Shown here: positions 63,144 to 64,000 of the stretch, one piece after another
How the letters are laid out: each line of letters opens with the position of its first letter
Position numbering within the stretch: position 1 is the stretch's first letter
From: a virus
DNA: 64,000 nt
Direction: 5' to 3' (one strand)
IMG/VR virus record: IMGVR_UViG_3300029267_002727
Location: 1 to 64,000 of that record
Notes under the pieces: generated by a model
The model's input: the letters and a program-made list of their open reading frames with translations, nothing else
Databases searched by the model: none
Told to the model about the DNA's origin: nothing
Program-made: the position numbers and the translations under genes

Positions 63144-63549
63144 CAACTATCTTCAGTTCTCAGTCCAGATCCTGCACCTTACACCGCAGGAGGAAGCGTA
63201 CTGGCGAGGCGTGATGCTCCGCCAGGAAAACGAGTACGACGAGGGCTACACCCTCAACTACAGCTTTAGGTTCTATGGCGACTACGTGATGCTTTACGCC
63301 GAAGAGTTTGGGGACCTGGAGATCCTCGCGGACGACATCCAGATGTTCCTGAAGAAGTTCCGGCCCACCAAACGGATCGAGGTGGAGTGGGCCGAAACCT
63401 GCTCCAGCATGAGGCCGGGCGAGTTCGGCGGCGGAGCGCTGCTGATAACCTCATATCAGCAGTATTGGATGAGCACACAGAGCGCATTCGAGATCCTGAG
63501 CCGAGACGCCGACGCAACCGAGGTCGGCCTGGTGATACACACGGAGTAG
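63136..63549 (+). CDS. Hypothetical phage protein
   Basis: MANNYLQFS...WAETCS.MR.GEFGGGA motif. Confidence 0.6.
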   Translation: MANNYLQFSVQILHLTPQEEAYWRGVMLRQENEYDEGYTLNYSFRFYGDYVMLYAEEFGDLEILADDIQMFLKKFRPTKRIEVEWAETCSSMRPGEFGGGALLITSYQQYWMSTQSAFEILSRDADATEVGLVIHTE

Positions 63550-63559
63550 GAGGCTTTTG

Positions 63560-64000
63560 ATGCTTAACCCCAGAATCTGGTGCCTACTGGCTGACGAGAC
63601 CGAGTACTGGCGCGACGACTACCAGGCCGCCGCCGGTCGCCTGATCGGGATCTACCTGTACGACGAAAGGGAGATCACGCACCTGTGCGAGTTCATCGGC
63701 AGCTATTGCTGCTGGCACGTGGAGACGACCACACACAGGCACGTCACCGACGAGATGTGGGAGAACATCCGAGATGCCGACGCGGACGGCCCGGGTGTGG
63801 AATATCGCCACACCTACCAGGTCGATGCATGCCTGGAGATCAAGCAGGGGGACAAGTTCCCGGACGGCATGAAGATGGCCCGGTTCTTCCTCTGGGAGCT
63901 CACGGATGAAGAGTGGGCGGAATGCAAGGAAGAAAACCCGGAAGAGCCGCGCAGGGTGGCGATGGATGAGGCCCTGGAGTATGCCCGGGGCAATAGCCTG
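63560..64000 (+). CDS. Hypothetical protein (partial, runs off the window)
   Basis: AGGAGG RBS, ATG at 63560, open to the window end. Confidence 0.55.
   Translation, partial: MLNPRIWCLLADETEYWRDDYQAAAGRLIGIYLYDEREITHLCEFIGSYCCWHVETTTHRHVTDEMWENIRDADADGPGVEYRHTYQVDACLEIKQGDKFPDGMKMARFFLWELTDEEWAECKEENPEEPRRVAMDEALEYARGNSL

Noticed and set aside
1-64000. Genome-wide stop-codon reassignment
   Set aside because: TGA, TAG and TAA all end well-coupled genes and long ORFs are intact in code 11; I found only one internal TGA.

Overview
This window is a 64-kb segment of a GC-rich tailed (siphovirus-like) dsDNA phage genome, organised as two divergent arms. The minus-strand arm (about 41.9 kb to position 1) carries an ~11-kb glycan synthesis/modification cluster, the terminase large subunit, portal, head genes, connectors, tail tube, frameshifted tail chaperones, a 2651-aa protein in the tape-measure position and tail tip/fibre genes. 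The plus-strand arm (42-64 kb) carries about 60 small early-type genes. Main findings: (1) the tape-measure protein appears fused to a two-barrel (DPBB) RNA polymerase with a variant DWDAD catalytic motif and to an intact DEDDh exonuclease, suggesting an injected virion RNAP plus nuclease; (2) an unannotated 74-codon basic gene in the head module has an in-frame UGA followed by a bacterial-SECIS-like hairpin, a candidate phage selenoprotein; (3) 10 nearby early genes carry about 14 RMF-like (Rmf/CrpP-fold) domains; (4) there is a rich layer of structured RNA elements, including covarying tandem hairpins in the putative pre-early region, two long-stem ncRNA candidates and a repeated terminator/antiterminator element; (5) five sigma70-type promoters share an AATT-N6-TTGAC upstream signature. 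No integrase, DNA polymerase, endolysin, tRNA or CRISPR array was recognised. All calls come from reading motifs by eye; no database searches were run.
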